NCBI GenBank assembly: GCA_965228855.1
Contig: CBDDIJ010000003.1
Coordinates: 1,344,001-1,408,000, forward strand
Reading direction: 5' to 3'
Length of the DNA: 64,000 nt
Source of the DNA: Candidatus Obscuribacterales bacterium
GTDB taxonomy: Bacteria > Cyanobacteriota > Vampirovibrionia > Obscuribacterales > Obscuribacteraceae
Made by a program: the position numbers and the translations under genes. Positions 1 through 10,871 of this stretch are shown here, in pieces. How positions within the stretch are numbered: position 1 is the first letter of the stretch; every line of letters starts with the position of its first letter. The notes beneath the pieces are model-generated. The model saw only the letters and a list, made by a program, of their open reading frames with translations. It had not been told where the DNA came from and made no database searches.

Positions 1-919
1 AAGTGAACGCGCCAACGTGTTCCAGAGCATCTTTCAGCTCGTTCATGGTCTGGTAGCGATGACGCGGATTCTTCGCCATCGCCTTCAGAATGATGAACTC
101 AAATTGAGTTCCGTTTTTAAATTCCGGTCTTATGTCACCAAGAGGGCGAGGGCGATCGTGGGTCTGCATGTGGAAAGTCTCGTAGACGTTCCCTCCCATC
201 AGGGGAGGTTCTCCCGTCAGAGCTTCGTACATCAGGCAGCCGAGAGAATATATGTCACTGCGATGATCAATAGGCTTGGCCATACACTGCTCAGGGCTCA
301 TATAAAGCGGGCTTCCGACGATCTCACCTGTCTGCGTCAAGCCGAGTTGCGTATTGTCGTCGTTGGGCATGAGCTTGGCAATGCCGAAGTCCAGGACCTT
401 AACGAAGTCTCCGTCGTTTTCTGTTTCAACCAGAGCGATGTTGCTCGGTTTAAGATCTCTGTGCACAATGCCCTGCGCATGAGCATGATCGAGAGCCGAA
501 CAAATTTCAGAGAAAACTTTGATGGCACGTCTGACACTCAAACGCCCGGTGTCAGAAAGCACTTCGGAAAGGTTTTTACCCTCGTGATATTCCATTACCA
601 GGCAATGCCGTTCGGCGTCATCCATGAAGAAATCGTAGGTTTTGACGATATGGTCGTGACGAAGGTTGCGATAGGTTTTAGCTTCTTGAGTGAATCTTTG
701 AACGCGCGTCGTGTCGGAAAGCAGCTCGGCATGCAGAATCTTGAGTGCTACCGTTCTGCCTGTAGACATGTCGAGAGCTTTGTAAACGGTGCTCATGCCA
801 CCGCGACCTAGGTACGCAACGACTTGATAGCGGTTTTTTATAATCGCGCCGATTCCCACCGCTTCGCTTTTGGCGGCGCGGCGCATGTGATCGGTAACGT
901 CTTGGTTATCTGGTGCCAT
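1..919 (-). CDS. Hanks-type Ser/Thr protein kinase, running off the left edge of the window (3' part missing)
   Basis: Not in the ORF track. Manual minus-strand translation from ATG at 919 gives MAPDNQ...RYQVVAYLGRGGMSTVYKA...VALKILH, later HRDLKPSNI, DFGIAK and YMSPE. Confidence 0.92.
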   Translation of the reverse strand, partial: MAPDNQDVTDHMRRAAKSEAVGIGAIIKNRYQVVAYLGRGGMSTVYKALDMSTGRTVALKILHAELLSDTTRVQRFTQEAKTYRNLRHDHIVKTYDFFMDDAERHCLVMEYHEGKNLSEVLSDTGRLSVRRAIKVFSEICSALDHAHAQGIVHRDLKPSNIALVETENDGDFVKVLDFGIAKLMPNDDNTQLGLTQTGEIVGSPLYMSPEQCMAKPIDHRSDIYSLGCLMYEALTGEPPLMGGNVYETFHMQTHDRPRPLGDIRPEFKNGTQFEFIILKAMAKNPRHRYQTMNELKDALEHVGAFT

Positions 920-1060
920 CGTGTATCCGATGGTTTCCTTTCAGCAATCACCACGCCAAACAAGAATTGAGCTTTCTCCAATCCAATCGAGATCAGATCA
1001 ATTCTACTAATAATGTTCTGCCCAGCTTCGGACTAATTTAGCATCATCTTCTGAGCATTT

Positions 1061-3946
1061 TTAGCCGGTGCTTTGTAGACCTTCGGCTACGCCGTTGATG
1101 GCCATCAGCACAGTGTCCAGAAGCGGGTCTAATGTGGCGGATAATCCAGGCTTTGCCTCAGGCTCTTCCCCTTTGCCGGAATCGTTCTGAACCTTCTCAC
1201 GTAACTCTTTGATGAATCGCACCTGCAGATAACTCAGAGGATCAACATACGGATTCCTCAGCTCGATGGAACGTCGCAGATATTCGGTTTTTTCGAGCAA
1301 GATCTTTTGACCTGTAATTTTGAGAATAGCCTCTTGAGTGAGACTATGTTCGCGCTTTATACGAGTAAGAATGTTGTCCAGAACCTTCGGATCTTGCACA
1401 AGATTCTCGGCATAGTACGTGGCGATCTGCATGTCCGAAATCGCCAGCGCGGTTTCAACCTTGGTTACCAGACCTGCGAAGAACGGCCACTCTCGATAGA
1501 GCTTGGACAGAAAGGCGATTCGCTGCTCTCCGTGCTTTTCAATTTGTTCACTGATAGCCGAACCCAGACCGAACCAACCGGGAAGGAGAAAACGACTTTG
1601 TGTCCAGGCGAATACCCATGGTATTGCGCGCAGATCTGCGATGGATGTGCTGCCTTTTGTTCTTCGTGTTGGCCTCGAGCCCAGTCTCAGTCTGGCGATT
1701 TCATTGATCGGAGTGGCCTGCTGAAAGAAGGTCAGGAAGTCCGGCTCGTTAAAAACGAGATCTCGGTAAGCGTCAAATGATGACGCGGAAATCTCTTCCA
1801 TCGCTTCTAGCCACTCGGGCTCATCTATGCCTTCCTTGCGTTTGTGAGATTCGGTGATGCTTGATTCGATAACCGCGCAAGCCAGTCGTTCGAAATTGCG
1901 AACCGCAATCCCGTGCAGCGAGTACTTGGAACTGATTACCTCGCCCTGTTCGGTGATTTTTATTCGACCAGAAACCGTTCCGGGTGGCTGCGCGAGAATT
2001 GCTCTGTGGGTTGGCCCGCCGCCTCTGCCGATGGTGCCGCCTCGTCCGTGAAAAAGTCGAAGTCTCACGCCTTTAGAATCAGCAAGTTCAACCAGTTTTT
2101 TCTGTGCTTTGTACAATTCCCAGTTAGAGGTGACGATACCGCCGTCCTTTCCGCTGTCAGAATAACCAATCATGATTTCCTGCAAATTGCCGCGGCGGGC
2201 AATATATTTCGCGTAAGCCGGCTGCGATAAAAGCTCTTCCATTAAGCGCGGCGCGTCACGCAGGTCTCCGATTGTTTCAAACAGCGGTACGATATTGATT
2301 GTGCGGTTTGGATAATTTTCGTTGTCTAGAAAACCTGCTTCCTTAGCGAATAGAAGAATGGAAAACAGATCGCTCACTGACTTGGTCATGCTGACAATGT
2401 AGGTGTCCAGGGCGACGTCTCCGTGTTGATCTTGCAGTGAAGCCATCGCTCGGAAAGTCTCAATTGTCTGATTGGTTTGCTCTTCAAAACGGAGTTCGTG
2501 CGGGAAAAGTGGTCTTCTGGACACAATTTCCTTGGCGAGCCAACTAATCTTGTCGGCTTCAGTCAATACGGCGTAGCCACCAGGGACAATACCAAGCGTT
2601 TTTGTAACGTCATCGAGAGCTGCTGTGTGCTTTTCGCTATGTTGGCGCACATCGAGCTTGGCAAGATGAAATCCGAAGACTTTGACCATGCTGATGAAAC
2701 GATCGAGAGATTTCGTGGTCAAAGCTGAGCCGGACTCGCATAATGACTTCTTCATAACATAAATATCTTGAAGAAGCTGCTTCCGACTGGTATATCCTCG
2801 CTCGTCTCCCCTGAGAGTATTCTCCAGCTTCTCGCGAATAAACAACAACTTCAGTCTGTACGGTTCAAAACCATATCGCGGTGCAAATCGTTCCTGTATG
2901 TCTGGAAAGCGCCCGGCGTCATTGTCCAGAGACTCTTTAAGCGAGGCACTCGGAGGAACGACGTTGCTGGAATGCGATAATTGATTGAATAGAGATTCCA
3001 GTTCTTTTAGATATCGCTTGATGATGACGCGTCGTTGGTACGAGAGGGCATCGACAGTAACATCCGGTGTTACGTAAGGGTTTCCATCACGGTCCCCTCC
3101 GATCCAGCTTCCGAAAGTCGTATAGGTTATGTCTTCGTTTGCGGTATCGCATTCGGTAGCAACTGTTTTTCCTTCCAGTTTTAAGCGCTTTTCATCGATG
3201 CTGTTATGAACGCTCAAGATAGCGTCTATTACGACTGTTTCAAACAGGTAGAGCCCGTATCTAACTTCATCCATGACCGTTGGTTTGAAGTAGATAATGT
3301 GGTCCGACAACCAGAGCGATTCAACCACGCTCTTCAAACCTTCGTCGACACGCTCACGGTCTTCGTTCGTCAAGGGTGGATGATCTCGATTGTGGAGGTA
3401 CTCCGCCATCTCCAATTGCTTCAAAAGGATAGTTCGACGCGTGATTTCCGTAGGGTGAGCTGTGAAAACAACTTCGATGTCGAGATTATGCAGGGTCTCC
3501 AACAGCGAGTGCTCGTCGATGCCTCGCTCCTTGAACCGTGAAAATAAATCGTTGAGCGAATCAGGTTGAACGGAGTCCGGCGAGTTCCATTCAATCAGTG
3601 CTCGCCTCCTCAACCTGTGGTTCTGTTCGGCGATATTGATCAAGTCGAAATAGCAAAGAAAGGCTTTGATTATTTTATTACCTGTTTCCATATCCAGGCT
3701 GGAAATCAAAGTCGAAAGCTCCTCCTTCAACTGATTCAGAGCCAGGTCGTCTCCGCCGATCTTGAGTTGATGCATGGACTTGCAGATGCGTCGGAAGTCT
3801 TCGATCTTGTTTAAAACCTCGACGCCTTCAAGTCGTTTCACGGTGTCACCGAGGAGAAAGCCGAGCATGCGGATATCGTCGCGAAGCGGTTTGCTGCGTT
3901 CGCTCAGGTCCTTGTTTAGACTTGTATCCTCTATTTTGGCAGTCAT
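1061..3946 (-). CDS. ppc: Phosphoenolpyruvate carboxylase
   Basis: 961 aa; motifs VFTAHPTE, GSWIGGDRDGNP, QEIMIGYSDSGKDGG, FHGRGGTIGRGGGP, LRAIPWVFAWTQSR and a C-terminal GLQSTG. Confidence 0.98.
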   Translation of the reverse strand: MTAKIEDTSLNKDLSERSKPLRDDIRMLGFLLGDTVKRLEGVEVLNKIEDFRRICKSMHQLKIGGDDLALNQLKEELSTLISSLDMETGNKIIKAFLCYFDLINIAEQNHRLRRRALIEWNSPDSVQPDSLNDLFSRFKERGIDEHSLLETLHNLDIEVVFTAHPTEITRRTILLKQLEMAEYLHNRDHPPLTNEDRERVDEGLKSVVESLWLSDHIIYFKPTVMDEVRYGLYLFETVVIDAILSVHNSIDEKRLKLEGKTVATECDTANEDITYTTFGSWIGGDRDGNPYVTPDVTVDALSYQRRVIIKRYLKELESLFNQLSHSSNVVPPSASLKESLDNDAGRFPDIQERFAPRYGFEPYRLKLLFIREKLENTLRGDERGYTSRKQLLQDIYVMKKSLCESGSALTTKSLDRFISMVKVFGFHLAKLDVRQHSEKHTAALDDVTKTLGIVPGGYAVLTEADKISWLAKEIVSRRPLFPHELRFEEQTNQTIETFRAMASLQDQHGDVALDTYIVSMTKSVSDLFSILLFAKEAGFLDNENYPNRTINIVPLFETIGDLRDAPRLMEELLSQPAYAKYIARRGNLQEIMIGYSDSGKDGGIVTSNWELYKAQKKLVELADSKGVRLRLFHGRGGTIGRGGGPTHRAILAQPPGTVSGRIKITEQGEVISSKYSLHGIAVRNFERLACAVIESSITESHKRKEGIDEPEWLEAMEEISASSFDAYRDLVFNEPDFLTFFQQATPINEIARLRLGSRPTRRTKGSTSIADLRAIPWVFAWTQSRFLLPGWFGLGSAISEQIEKHGEQRIAFLSKLYREWPFFAGLVTKVETALAISDMQIATYYAENLVQDPKVLDNILTRIKREHSLTQEAILKITGQKILLEKTEYLRRSIELRNPYVDPLSYLQVRFIKELREKVQNDSGKGEEPEAKPGLSATLDPLLDTVLMAINGVAEGLQSTG

Positions 3947-5004
3947 CGCAATCCTTTCTGTCTTTGGACCTTTTCCCAGTTCCGCAATGCTTCAACGCCT
4001 TTGTCAAAAGCTGCGGCACTGCTGTAATAGTTATGCGCACCGTCCTGTCTATCCGGGTTGCGTACGTAGTAAAGGAAATTGGTTGTGGCAGGGTGAAGTG
4101 CCGCGTTAAGTGATACCAGACCTGGTGAGCCGACGGGCCCCGGCGGCAAGCCTTTGTAGATTCTGCTGTTGTAGGGGGATTTGCGATCCAGATCGCTCTG
4201 ATAGACCTTGCCGTCGTAGCGCCATTTCCCGGCTAGTTTCGAGGCGTATACAATCGTGGAATCCATGCTTAAACGCATTCCTTTTGCTATGCGGTTGTAG
4301 ATTACCGAAGCAACAATCGGTCGCTCCGAATCCAATTTTGCCTCGGTTTCGATGATCGAGGCCGTGGTGACGATGTTGTGCAGAGGAACTTTGGAGGCTT
4401 TAACGTCAGCTGCCAACTTTTCATCATACACTTCGCGGAAACGATTCACCATCTGTAGTACCAGACCTTTGGCCGTAGAATCAGCTTGCACAAAATATGT
4501 GTCTGGGAAAAGGTAGCCTTCCAAGCTTGTTGCCCAGGGATCGATATCTTTAATAGGTGACGGATCGTCAAGCAGGCGCAACGCTTCTGCTTCCGATTTC
4601 AGTTTTAACGACGGTATCGCTAACAGTGCCCTGGCAATTTCGAACTTTGTCCATCCTTCCGGAACAGTGATTCTTTCGTGCTCTGTGCCTCCTTTCTCCA
4701 GTTCTTTTAGAACCTGGATTGGCGACATCGGCGACGCGAAACGATAGTCACCGGCTTTCATAGTGGAAGCTCCGCGTTGAAGTCGCAGGTAGAGCTTTAA
4801 CGGAAGTTCTTCGCGTATTATCCCGTTGGCCTTAAGCGTCGCGATTATCTGTTCTGATGACGCTCCTCTGCTTATAGTCACCAGGGCATCGGGTCTATTG
4901 TGAGCGAACGGCTCGTTCAGTTCGTTCCAGATCCAGAATCCGGCTGCACCACAGGCGGTGGCGATTACTAAGAGGACAGCGATGAAGCCGGATAGAAAGC
5001 GCAT
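3943..5004 (-). CDS. mltG: Endolytic transglycosylase MltG (YceG family)
   Basis: N-terminal TM, ITVPEG, LEGYLFPDTY, ASIIETE, SPYNS..YKGLPPGPVGSPG. Likely start is ATG 5004 (ORF track starts at 5055). Stop overlaps the ppc start. Confidence 0.93.
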   Translation of the reverse strand: MRFLSGFIAVLLVIATACGAAGFWIWNELNEPFAHNRPDALVTISRGASSEQIIATLKANGIIREELPLKLYLRLQRGASTMKAGDYRFASPMSPIQVLKELEKGGTEHERITVPEGWTKFEIARALLAIPSLKLKSEAEALRLLDDPSPIKDIDPWATSLEGYLFPDTYFVQADSTAKGLVLQMVNRFREVYDEKLAADVKASKVPLHNIVTTASIIETEAKLDSERPIVASVIYNRIAKGMRLSMDSTIVYASKLAGKWRYDGKVYQSDLDRKSPYNSRIYKGLPPGPVGSPGLVSLNAALHPATTNFLYYVRNPDRQDGAHNYYSSAAAFDKGVEALRNWEKVQRQKGLR

Positions 5005-5178
5005 GAATTCCAACGATTTGACGGCACTGCGAAAATTTGTGGCAGTATTGCACATTATAAGGTTAAACTCTTCGTGGCAAGCAAAAAAACAAATTCCGAC
5101 AATTCTATTAAGAGGTTGTCAGCGGTCGTAACAAGCGAACAGGGAACTACGTGAGCCCGGCGGCGTCAGAAGGACCTG

Positions 5179-6336
5179 ATGAAACGGATTGCAACAGCTT
5201 TTAAGTTGGGAATTTTAGGGACCGCAATGTGCCTGGTCGCTGGACCTGTTTCAGTTCAGGTGGAAGCCGCCGACACGAGCCAGGCTCCCAAAACTGCCCC
5301 GGACCGGCATTTGCGATTGAATCGTTCTTCCGCTTCCTTAGCCGATCCAGCTTCTTTTGGCGCTCAAGGCGAGGATTTGCCGAACGGTTCTTCGGCGGCG
5401 CATAGCGCAGCATCGACCACAGTTTCTCTTCAGGGGGGCGTCACCAGGCTGGATGGTAACGCGTCGGATGCCTCACGACCTCCTATTCAGGGACGTATTC
5501 AGGGTGAGCAGAGGATGCCATTTCAAGGCAAAATCGAATCCCTGATCGAAACGCCCCTCGAGGCTCAGAAGCCCCGGTCAGAATCTATTCCTCCGCAAAC
5601 CTTTCGAGCCTGGCTGGAAAGCGCCCACCCTCAGTTCTCATTGAACGCTTCGCAAAACGCCCCGGAGACCGTCATTTGTATCAAGGGACGTTGGGACGAT
5701 TCGTCGAAAACTCTCGATAAATTCCAGATTCCACACTCAAAAATTGGCAGTGGCAAATTAGCATCAACGAATCTTGCCAACACAAGGGTGATTATTGTCG
5801 ACTGTGCAGGCGACATCAATAATGCCGGCAAGCAAAAGCTCCGTGACTTCGTACTTCGCGGAGGGTACTTGCTTTCTACCGATTGGGCGCTGGATGGATT
5901 TCTGACCGCTACCTGGCCTAATTCAATCAAATGGAACAAAGGAACCAATCGTCGAGATATCGTGGATGCCACCGCATTCGATACCGACCCAGTGCTATTC
6001 AATCACGTCGTGTCGAATGCGTACTGGAAGTTGGACCAGGACAGCCACTTGATTCATATAGAACAACCGGGTGCTAATGTTCGGATTCTTGCGAAAAGCC
6101 GTCAGCTGGTTCAGGACGACCCGGATCGAGCCGGAATTCTGGCTGTTGTGTTCCCCTTCGGCCGGGGTTTCGTGATGCACATGACCGGACACTTCGATAA
6201 CAACAGCAAGCTGGCTATAGGAAATTTTCTTCCTGATCCGGCGCCGCGAATCGGCATAAGTTTTCGCCAGGCTCTCGCCGCAAACTTCGTTGTGGCTGGA
6301 CTCGAAGGAGTAAAAATTCCGACGAGACTAAGGTGA
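5179..6336 (+). CDS. Exported hypothetical protein; C-terminal alpha/beta domain, possibly class I glutamine-amidotransferase-like fold
   Basis: Signal-peptide-like N-terminus. C-terminal region contains VIIVDC...LRDFVLRGGYLLSTDWA and FPFGRGFVMH. Confidence 0.6.
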   Translation: MKRIATAFKLGILGTAMCLVAGPVSVQVEAADTSQAPKTAPDRHLRLNRSSASLADPASFGAQGEDLPNGSSAAHSAASTTVSLQGGVTRLDGNASDASRPPIQGRIQGEQRMPFQGKIESLIETPLEAQKPRSESIPPQTFRAWLESAHPQFSLNASQNAPETVICIKGRWDDSSKTLDKFQIPHSKIGSGKLASTNLANTRVIIVDCAGDINNAGKQKLRDFVLRGGYLLSTDWALDGFLTATWPNSIKWNKGTNRRDIVDATAFDTDPVLFNHVVSNAYWKLDQDSHLIHIEQPGANVRILAKSRQLVQDDPDRAGILAVVFPFGRGFVMHMTGHFDNNSKLAIGNFLPDPAPRIGISFRQALAANFVVAGLEGVKIPTRLR

Positions 6337-6341
6337 GCAGC

Positions 6342-7031
6342 TTACCAACCGCCCATCATGCTGCGCATCCCAGCTCCCATGTACGGGTTATAGCCGCCTC
6401 CATATCCCATTCCTGGAATCGGCATAACTGGCGCTGGAACGTACATTCGCATATTGCCGCCGACTGCTTTGTTCATCAAATATAGGCTCGCTGCCGGCGC
6501 TGCGACCCGGGCCGTACCACCGGCTAGTTTGCCAAGTATTCCAGCTGCGCCCTTGATCATGGCGCCGCCGTGCCCGCCGCCGCCTGGGTTCTCCGTGACG
6601 GATTTTTCAGGCTTTGAGTCATCTCCGGGAGGCGGGTCATTGTTCAGAAAAGAGCCTGCCGGCATTTGGTTATTGTTCTGTGCTTGCTGCTGCTGCCACT
6701 GTCCCTGTGTGTTGGCTTGAGCATTACCGTAGTAGACCGGAGGCTGAGGTGGTTGCCCGTACTGCGGAGTCTGGGCCTGCATCTGCGGCTGACCGTAAGC
6801 CTGTTGTTGGGGATAGCCCTGTTGTTGCTGCCCATACTGCGCTTGTTCAGGAGCCCCGTAGCCGTAGTTCGGCGTAGTTTGGGGCAGACCGCCGTACTGT
6901 TGATAGGTCGGTGGCTGCTGGTAGCCGCCCTGCTGGTACTGCTGATTCGGGTCGTAACCCTGAGCAATCGCTGCTTGAGCGCACGCCAACACGAAAGAAA
7001 CCATGACGGTCAGGCTGTAGATGTTTCGCAT
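6342..7031 (-). CDS. Exported Gln/Gly/Pro/Tyr-rich low-complexity protein
   Basis: Signal peptide MRNIYSLTVMVSFVLACAQAAIA followed by a QQYG/QQQ-rich region. Likely start 7031 (ORF track 7091). Confidence 0.7.
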   Translation of the reverse strand: MRNIYSLTVMVSFVLACAQAAIAQGYDPNQQYQQGGYQQPPTYQQYGGLPQTTPNYGYGAPEQAQYGQQQQGYPQQQAYGQPQMQAQTPQYGQPPQPPVYYGNAQANTQGQWQQQQAQNNNQMPAGSFLNNDPPPGDDSKPEKSVTENPGGGGHGGAMIKGAAGILGKLAGGTARVAAPAASLYLMNKAVGGNMRMYVPAPVMPIPGMGYGGGYNPYMGAGMRSMMGGW

Positions 7032-7157
7032 ATAGCTTAGGCCCAGTTTAGTAATTAGCAGAAGCATAGTTGTAGCAAAGATGGATGTCAATAGGACTTC
7101 AGAGCCTTTTATCTGCTAACTTTTAGGGACTTCCGCCTTTACTAGAGGACTAATGCG

Positions 7158-7964
7158 ATGACGCTCAGTGCCACTGCCATGAAAAACCTGTCTGAGTCAG
7201 AATGGACGGTCGACAAGGCAAAGCAATATCTCAAGGTCAACAATTTCACGGTTGCTGAGCAGCTGTTTACTGAAGCGATCAATCATCGCAAAGATGCGGT
7301 CGGCGCAGAAGACCCCGGCGTCGCCGAATTGCTGGACCAGCTCGGCGAGGTCAAGGTAGAGCTGAATAAATACGACGAGGCGATCGAGTGCTTCGAATCC
7401 GCTAACAAGATTTTCGAAAAGGTCTACTACGCCGGTCATTTCAAAGTCGGCGTGGTCTACAGCCATCTCACCACTTGTTACATACACGAGGGTAACTTTG
7501 AAAAGGCACTCGAGGTTTGCTTGAAAGCCCAGGATATTTTCGGCAAAACACTTTCAGGAGAGCACCGCATGGCTCTGGAAGCCGTTTACAAACTTGCGAC
7601 TATCTATCGCCAGCTGAAAAATGCTCCGGAAGCACTCAAGCTTCTTACCAAAGCCAAGAAGAACGTTGAGACTCCACTTGGTCCGAACGAAGAGTTTGCA
7701 TATCTCGAAGCACTCTTGCAGGAAGACGAGGGCAAGCCAGAGCTGGCGGACAAATGCTACCGCGACGCAATTGCCGGCTTCAAACAGCGCAGAGCGTTTA
7801 AACGTCTTGGGCAATGCTTGCATCGTTACAGCGAATTTTTGAAGAAGCAAGATAAAAACAGCGAAGCGGAGAAAATCCTCTCTCAAGCGGAGCAATACAA
7901 ACTCATAGGCGAATCATCGTCGAGAAGCGACGATATCTTCCCTTCGACTCTGCTACGTGCGTAA
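7158..7964 (+). CDS. Tetratricopeptide repeat protein
   Basis: Kinesin-light-chain-like TPR units (e.g. GAEDPGVAELLDQLG, LSGEHRMALEAVYKLA); RBS GAGGA upstream. Confidence 0.85.
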   Translation: MTLSATAMKNLSESEWTVDKAKQYLKVNNFTVAEQLFTEAINHRKDAVGAEDPGVAELLDQLGEVKVELNKYDEAIECFESANKIFEKVYYAGHFKVGVVYSHLTTCYIHEGNFEKALEVCLKAQDIFGKTLSGEHRMALEAVYKLATIYRQLKNAPEALKLLTKAKKNVETPLGPNEEFAYLEALLQEDEGKPELADKCYRDAIAGFKQRRAFKRLGQCLHRYSEFLKKQDKNSEAEKILSQAEQYKLIGESSSRSDDIFPSTLLRA

Positions 7965-8009
7965 CACCATCTGTGGTGCCCGGGTTAGATTGGAACGGCC
8001 GGTAGGTGC

Positions 8010-8603
8010 TTATTGGTTTAGTCCTTCCGGAAACTCAGCGCTGGAAGTAGCTGTGAAAGTCAATCGAGCCGGCGGTCCCAGACCTGGAACGTTGCCGATG
8101 AACGGCAACATACTCAAGTTCATAAACGGCCCCATATTGAAGTTTGCTTCAACCTTGTATTCGTAGGTGTTTGTGTCCGGTGTTGCTGCAGTGCCCATCG
8201 GAGTATTCTTCGGATGGGTGGTCGCAGATCCTCCGCCATAAGGAACGGAAACGACGGAAAGGTCGATACCGCTTCCTCCGATTCCACCAATCGGAACCAG
8301 TTTTGCGAATTTGCCAAAACCCGAAGCTACGAAAGTCCCACTCTCTTGTTGAACGACGTTCATAGCATCAGTGAAGGTGTTCTGAGTCCCCGCTCTACTG
8401 GCGCACTGTTTCGCGCAGAGATAACCTGTTGCGTAACCAGTCGTGAACATGATCAGGTTGATCAGGGGAAATAAGATCACCAGAAAGAAAATTATGAGCG
8501 CCGGCGCGAACTCGGCGGCACCTGCACCAGAGCCAACCTGGTTGCGTATGCGTTTTTTTGTTTGAAGACGTACGAGCATCGGGCCCCCAAAATCTTGCCC
8601 CAA
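8010..8603 (-). CDS. TadE-like (Tad/Flp pseudopilin-like) protein
   Basis: Basic leader, then G-x4-E-F (GAGAAEFAPALIIFFLVILFPLI) prepilin-like hydrophobic helix. Confidence 0.65.
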   Translation of the reverse strand: MGQDFGGPMLVRLQTKKRIRNQVGSGAGAAEFAPALIIFFLVILFPLINLIMFTTGYATGYLCAKQCASRAGTQNTFTDAMNVVQQESGTFVASGFGKFAKLVPIGGIGGSGIDLSVVSVPYGGGSATTHPKNTPMGTAATPDTNTYEYKVEANFNMGPFMNLSMLPFIGNVPGLGPPARLTFTATSSAEFPEGLNQ

Positions 8604-8702
8604 TGATCTATCTATACCACAATACTTATTCTCTCAGGCGAAAACTGTGGCAGTTTTCCGCCAAACAAATCTTGGGAGGAATTTGCAGCCGGCGTCGCTT
8701 GC

Positions 8703-10871
8703 CTAATGTTTTGTCCTGAAGTCGTGAGTCTTCAAGTTCTTTGTGTATTCCTCGCTCACTCTATCGCGAAGTTTCATCGCCTGCTTTGATAGCTGCTCAC
8801 CCTTCTCGACCATATTGATTTGTTTCAGTAAATCTCCATAGCTGCCGTAGAATTCGGCAAGCTGGTCAGGACCAATCTCTTTGCACTTTTCAGCGTGCGC
8901 GATCGCTTCCGAAAGAGTTCTCTCTGCTTTATCAAATTCGCCTCGGTCACGCTGCCACTGCCCGAGGTGCAGCTCTGCGCGGATGTACTTCGGGTCTGAT
9001 TCGGCTTCGCGATGCGCGTCCCGGTCATGGGAGAACCTGATATCTTTGATGCGACCATAGAGGTTACGTGTACCGATTTCGGCAACGCGATCCTGGTTAA
9101 GCAAGCAATCCGCAATCTGCTCTTTGATATCAGCCAGACCAATAAAATTCTCTCCGAAAAGCTTTGTCAGGAGAGCCTCTGAGTGAATCAGCAATTCGTA
9201 CTCAAGTCCATACGCATAGGTTGCGTCGAGGCGACGCGCGACTTCGACAATTCTACGTGTGCTACCCGCCCAATTTAGTCGAGGTTCCGAGAGGTGTCTC
9301 TGAACGGAGTCTCCTTTTTGCTCAATTTCCTTGATGTAAGTCTGAGCGTCCATAATGTCGTCGAGTATCTGATTGGCGAGACCTTCCCATCGCTCTCGAT
9401 CAAGTTTGACAATCTCGTCGATAACGTCCTCTTGTTTGGCTGCGTCACCGGTGGACAGCAGTACGTCCGCCTGCCTGCCCAGGGTTACTATCATCGCTTC
9501 GTAATTCGGTCTCTTATTTTTACCGCTGAGATTTCTTGCATCGACCACTGCTTTGTCTAATATTGACAGCGCCATACCCGGCCACTGGTGGACTACGCAA
9601 TAGTCAGAGAGCCAGATTTCGAAATGCCAAATCATTTTCTGTAATGGGGAGCCGGGATCCTCTGCTGTTTGGAACGGGAAGAAAGCCACCAGACCAACCC
9701 AAAACGCAAGAGTGATACCAAAAACGGTGGCAAGAGTCTTGGTAGAAATCCTGATTATTTGTTTCTTCGTCTTGCGAGGAGTTTTAGAACGTCCCTGCAG
9801 AGGACCGGCCACTGAGGTCGTGGACTGCACCATATCGCTCAACTTCATCGCGACAGTGCCAGTCTGCGTAGCTTTTGGTTGGTAATTACCAATTGTCGGT
9901 AGAGCGTCTAAAACTGCATTAGCGGTTTGAAACCGCTTCTTTTGCTGCTTCTCCAGGCAACCGAAGACAACGCTGGACAGTTCCTCGGGTACCACCACAT
10001 CCGGTGCCATTTGTCTGAAGTCCGGCGGCGGATCATTGACATGCATAGACATAGTTTCGACAGCGTTCTTGCCGAGAAAAGGAGGAGATCCGGTGAGCAC
10101 CTCATACATTACACAGCCCCAGGAATAAATGTCGGATCTCAGATCAAGCGGCAATCCTGAACATTGTTCGGGGCTCATGTAAATGGGGCTTCCAAAGACT
10201 TCTCCCGTCTGGGTGAGATGTTGTGATTCGCCACCATCTTGCGGAATTACTTTAGCTATGCCGAAGTCGACGATCTTGACCTGAACAGTTCCATCCTCGT
10301 CAACTGCAAGGACCATATTCCGTGGCTTGAGGTCTCGGTGAACGACTCCCTTTCTGTGCGCGTGTGCCAAGCCTTTCAGTACCTGGCGAAAGATATCGAT
10401 GGCCTCATCGGCCGGCACTGAGCCCGTTCTGTCCAGTAAGTCTCCCAGCGACGGTCCCTCAAGATAGTCCATGACGAGAAAGGCCAGCCCGTCTTCAGTG
10501 ACACCAAAGTCGTAGACGGTAATTATGTTAGGATGCGAAAGACTGGCCGCCGCTTTCGCTTCTTGTTGAAAACGCTGGATACTGATTGGATCGGATACCA
10601 GGTGAGGGTGCAACAATTTCACTGCCACCACGCGATCCATGTACGTGTGCTGAGCCTTGTAAACGGTGCTCATGCCGCCCTGACCGATAATTGATTGAAT
10701 GCGATAGCGATTAGCGAACACTTGCCCGACCAGTCGATCTTGCTTGGTGTTCACAAGATCCCCTCCGTCGTCCGGGCATTTCAGCAGTGAAGCATTCACT
10801 GCCTTATGGCAGATGAGGCAGATCTTTGATTCTGTGGTCTGAGCCTTAGCCGTTTCGACTTGTTCTGTCAT
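8703..10871 (-). CDS. Membrane Ser/Thr protein kinase with N-terminal Cys motif and C-terminal TPR-like region
   Basis: CLIC..CPDDG, GQGGMSTVY, VAVK, HRDLKPRN, DFG, YMSPE; TM segment at about aa 380-400. Confidence 0.93.
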   Translation of the reverse strand: MTEQVETAKAQTTESKICLICHKAVNASLLKCPDDGGDLVNTKQDRLVGQVFANRYRIQSIIGQGGMSTVYKAQHTYMDRVVAVKLLHPHLVSDPISIQRFQQEAKAAASLSHPNIITVYDFGVTEDGLAFLVMDYLEGPSLGDLLDRTGSVPADEAIDIFRQVLKGLAHAHRKGVVHRDLKPRNMVLAVDEDGTVQVKIVDFGIAKVIPQDGGESQHLTQTGEVFGSPIYMSPEQCSGLPLDLRSDIYSWGCVMYEVLTGSPPFLGKNAVETMSMHVNDPPPDFRQMAPDVVVPEELSSVVFGCLEKQQKKRFQTANAVLDALPTIGNYQPKATQTGTVAMKLSDMVQSTTSVAGPLQGRSKTPRKTKKQIIRISTKTLATVFGITLAFWVGLVAFFPFQTAEDPGSPLQKMIWHFEIWLSDYCVVHQWPGMALSILDKAVVDARNLSGKNKRPNYEAMIVTLGRQADVLLSTGDAAKQEDVIDEIVKLDRERWEGLANQILDDIMDAQTYIKEIEQKGDSVQRHLSEPRLNWAGSTRRIVEVARRLDATYAYGLEYELLIHSEALLTKLFGENFIGLADIKEQIADCLLNQDRVAEIGTRNLYGRIKDIRFSHDRDAHREAESDPKYIRAELHLGQWQRDRGEFDKAERTLSEAIAHAEKCKEIGPDQLAEFYGSYGDLLKQINMVEKGEQLSKQAMKLRDRVSEEYTKNLKTHDFRTKH

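Noticed and set aside
17..811. 264-aa plus-strand ORF
   Set aside because: It is the antisense shadow of the minus-strand Ser/Thr kinase at 1-919.
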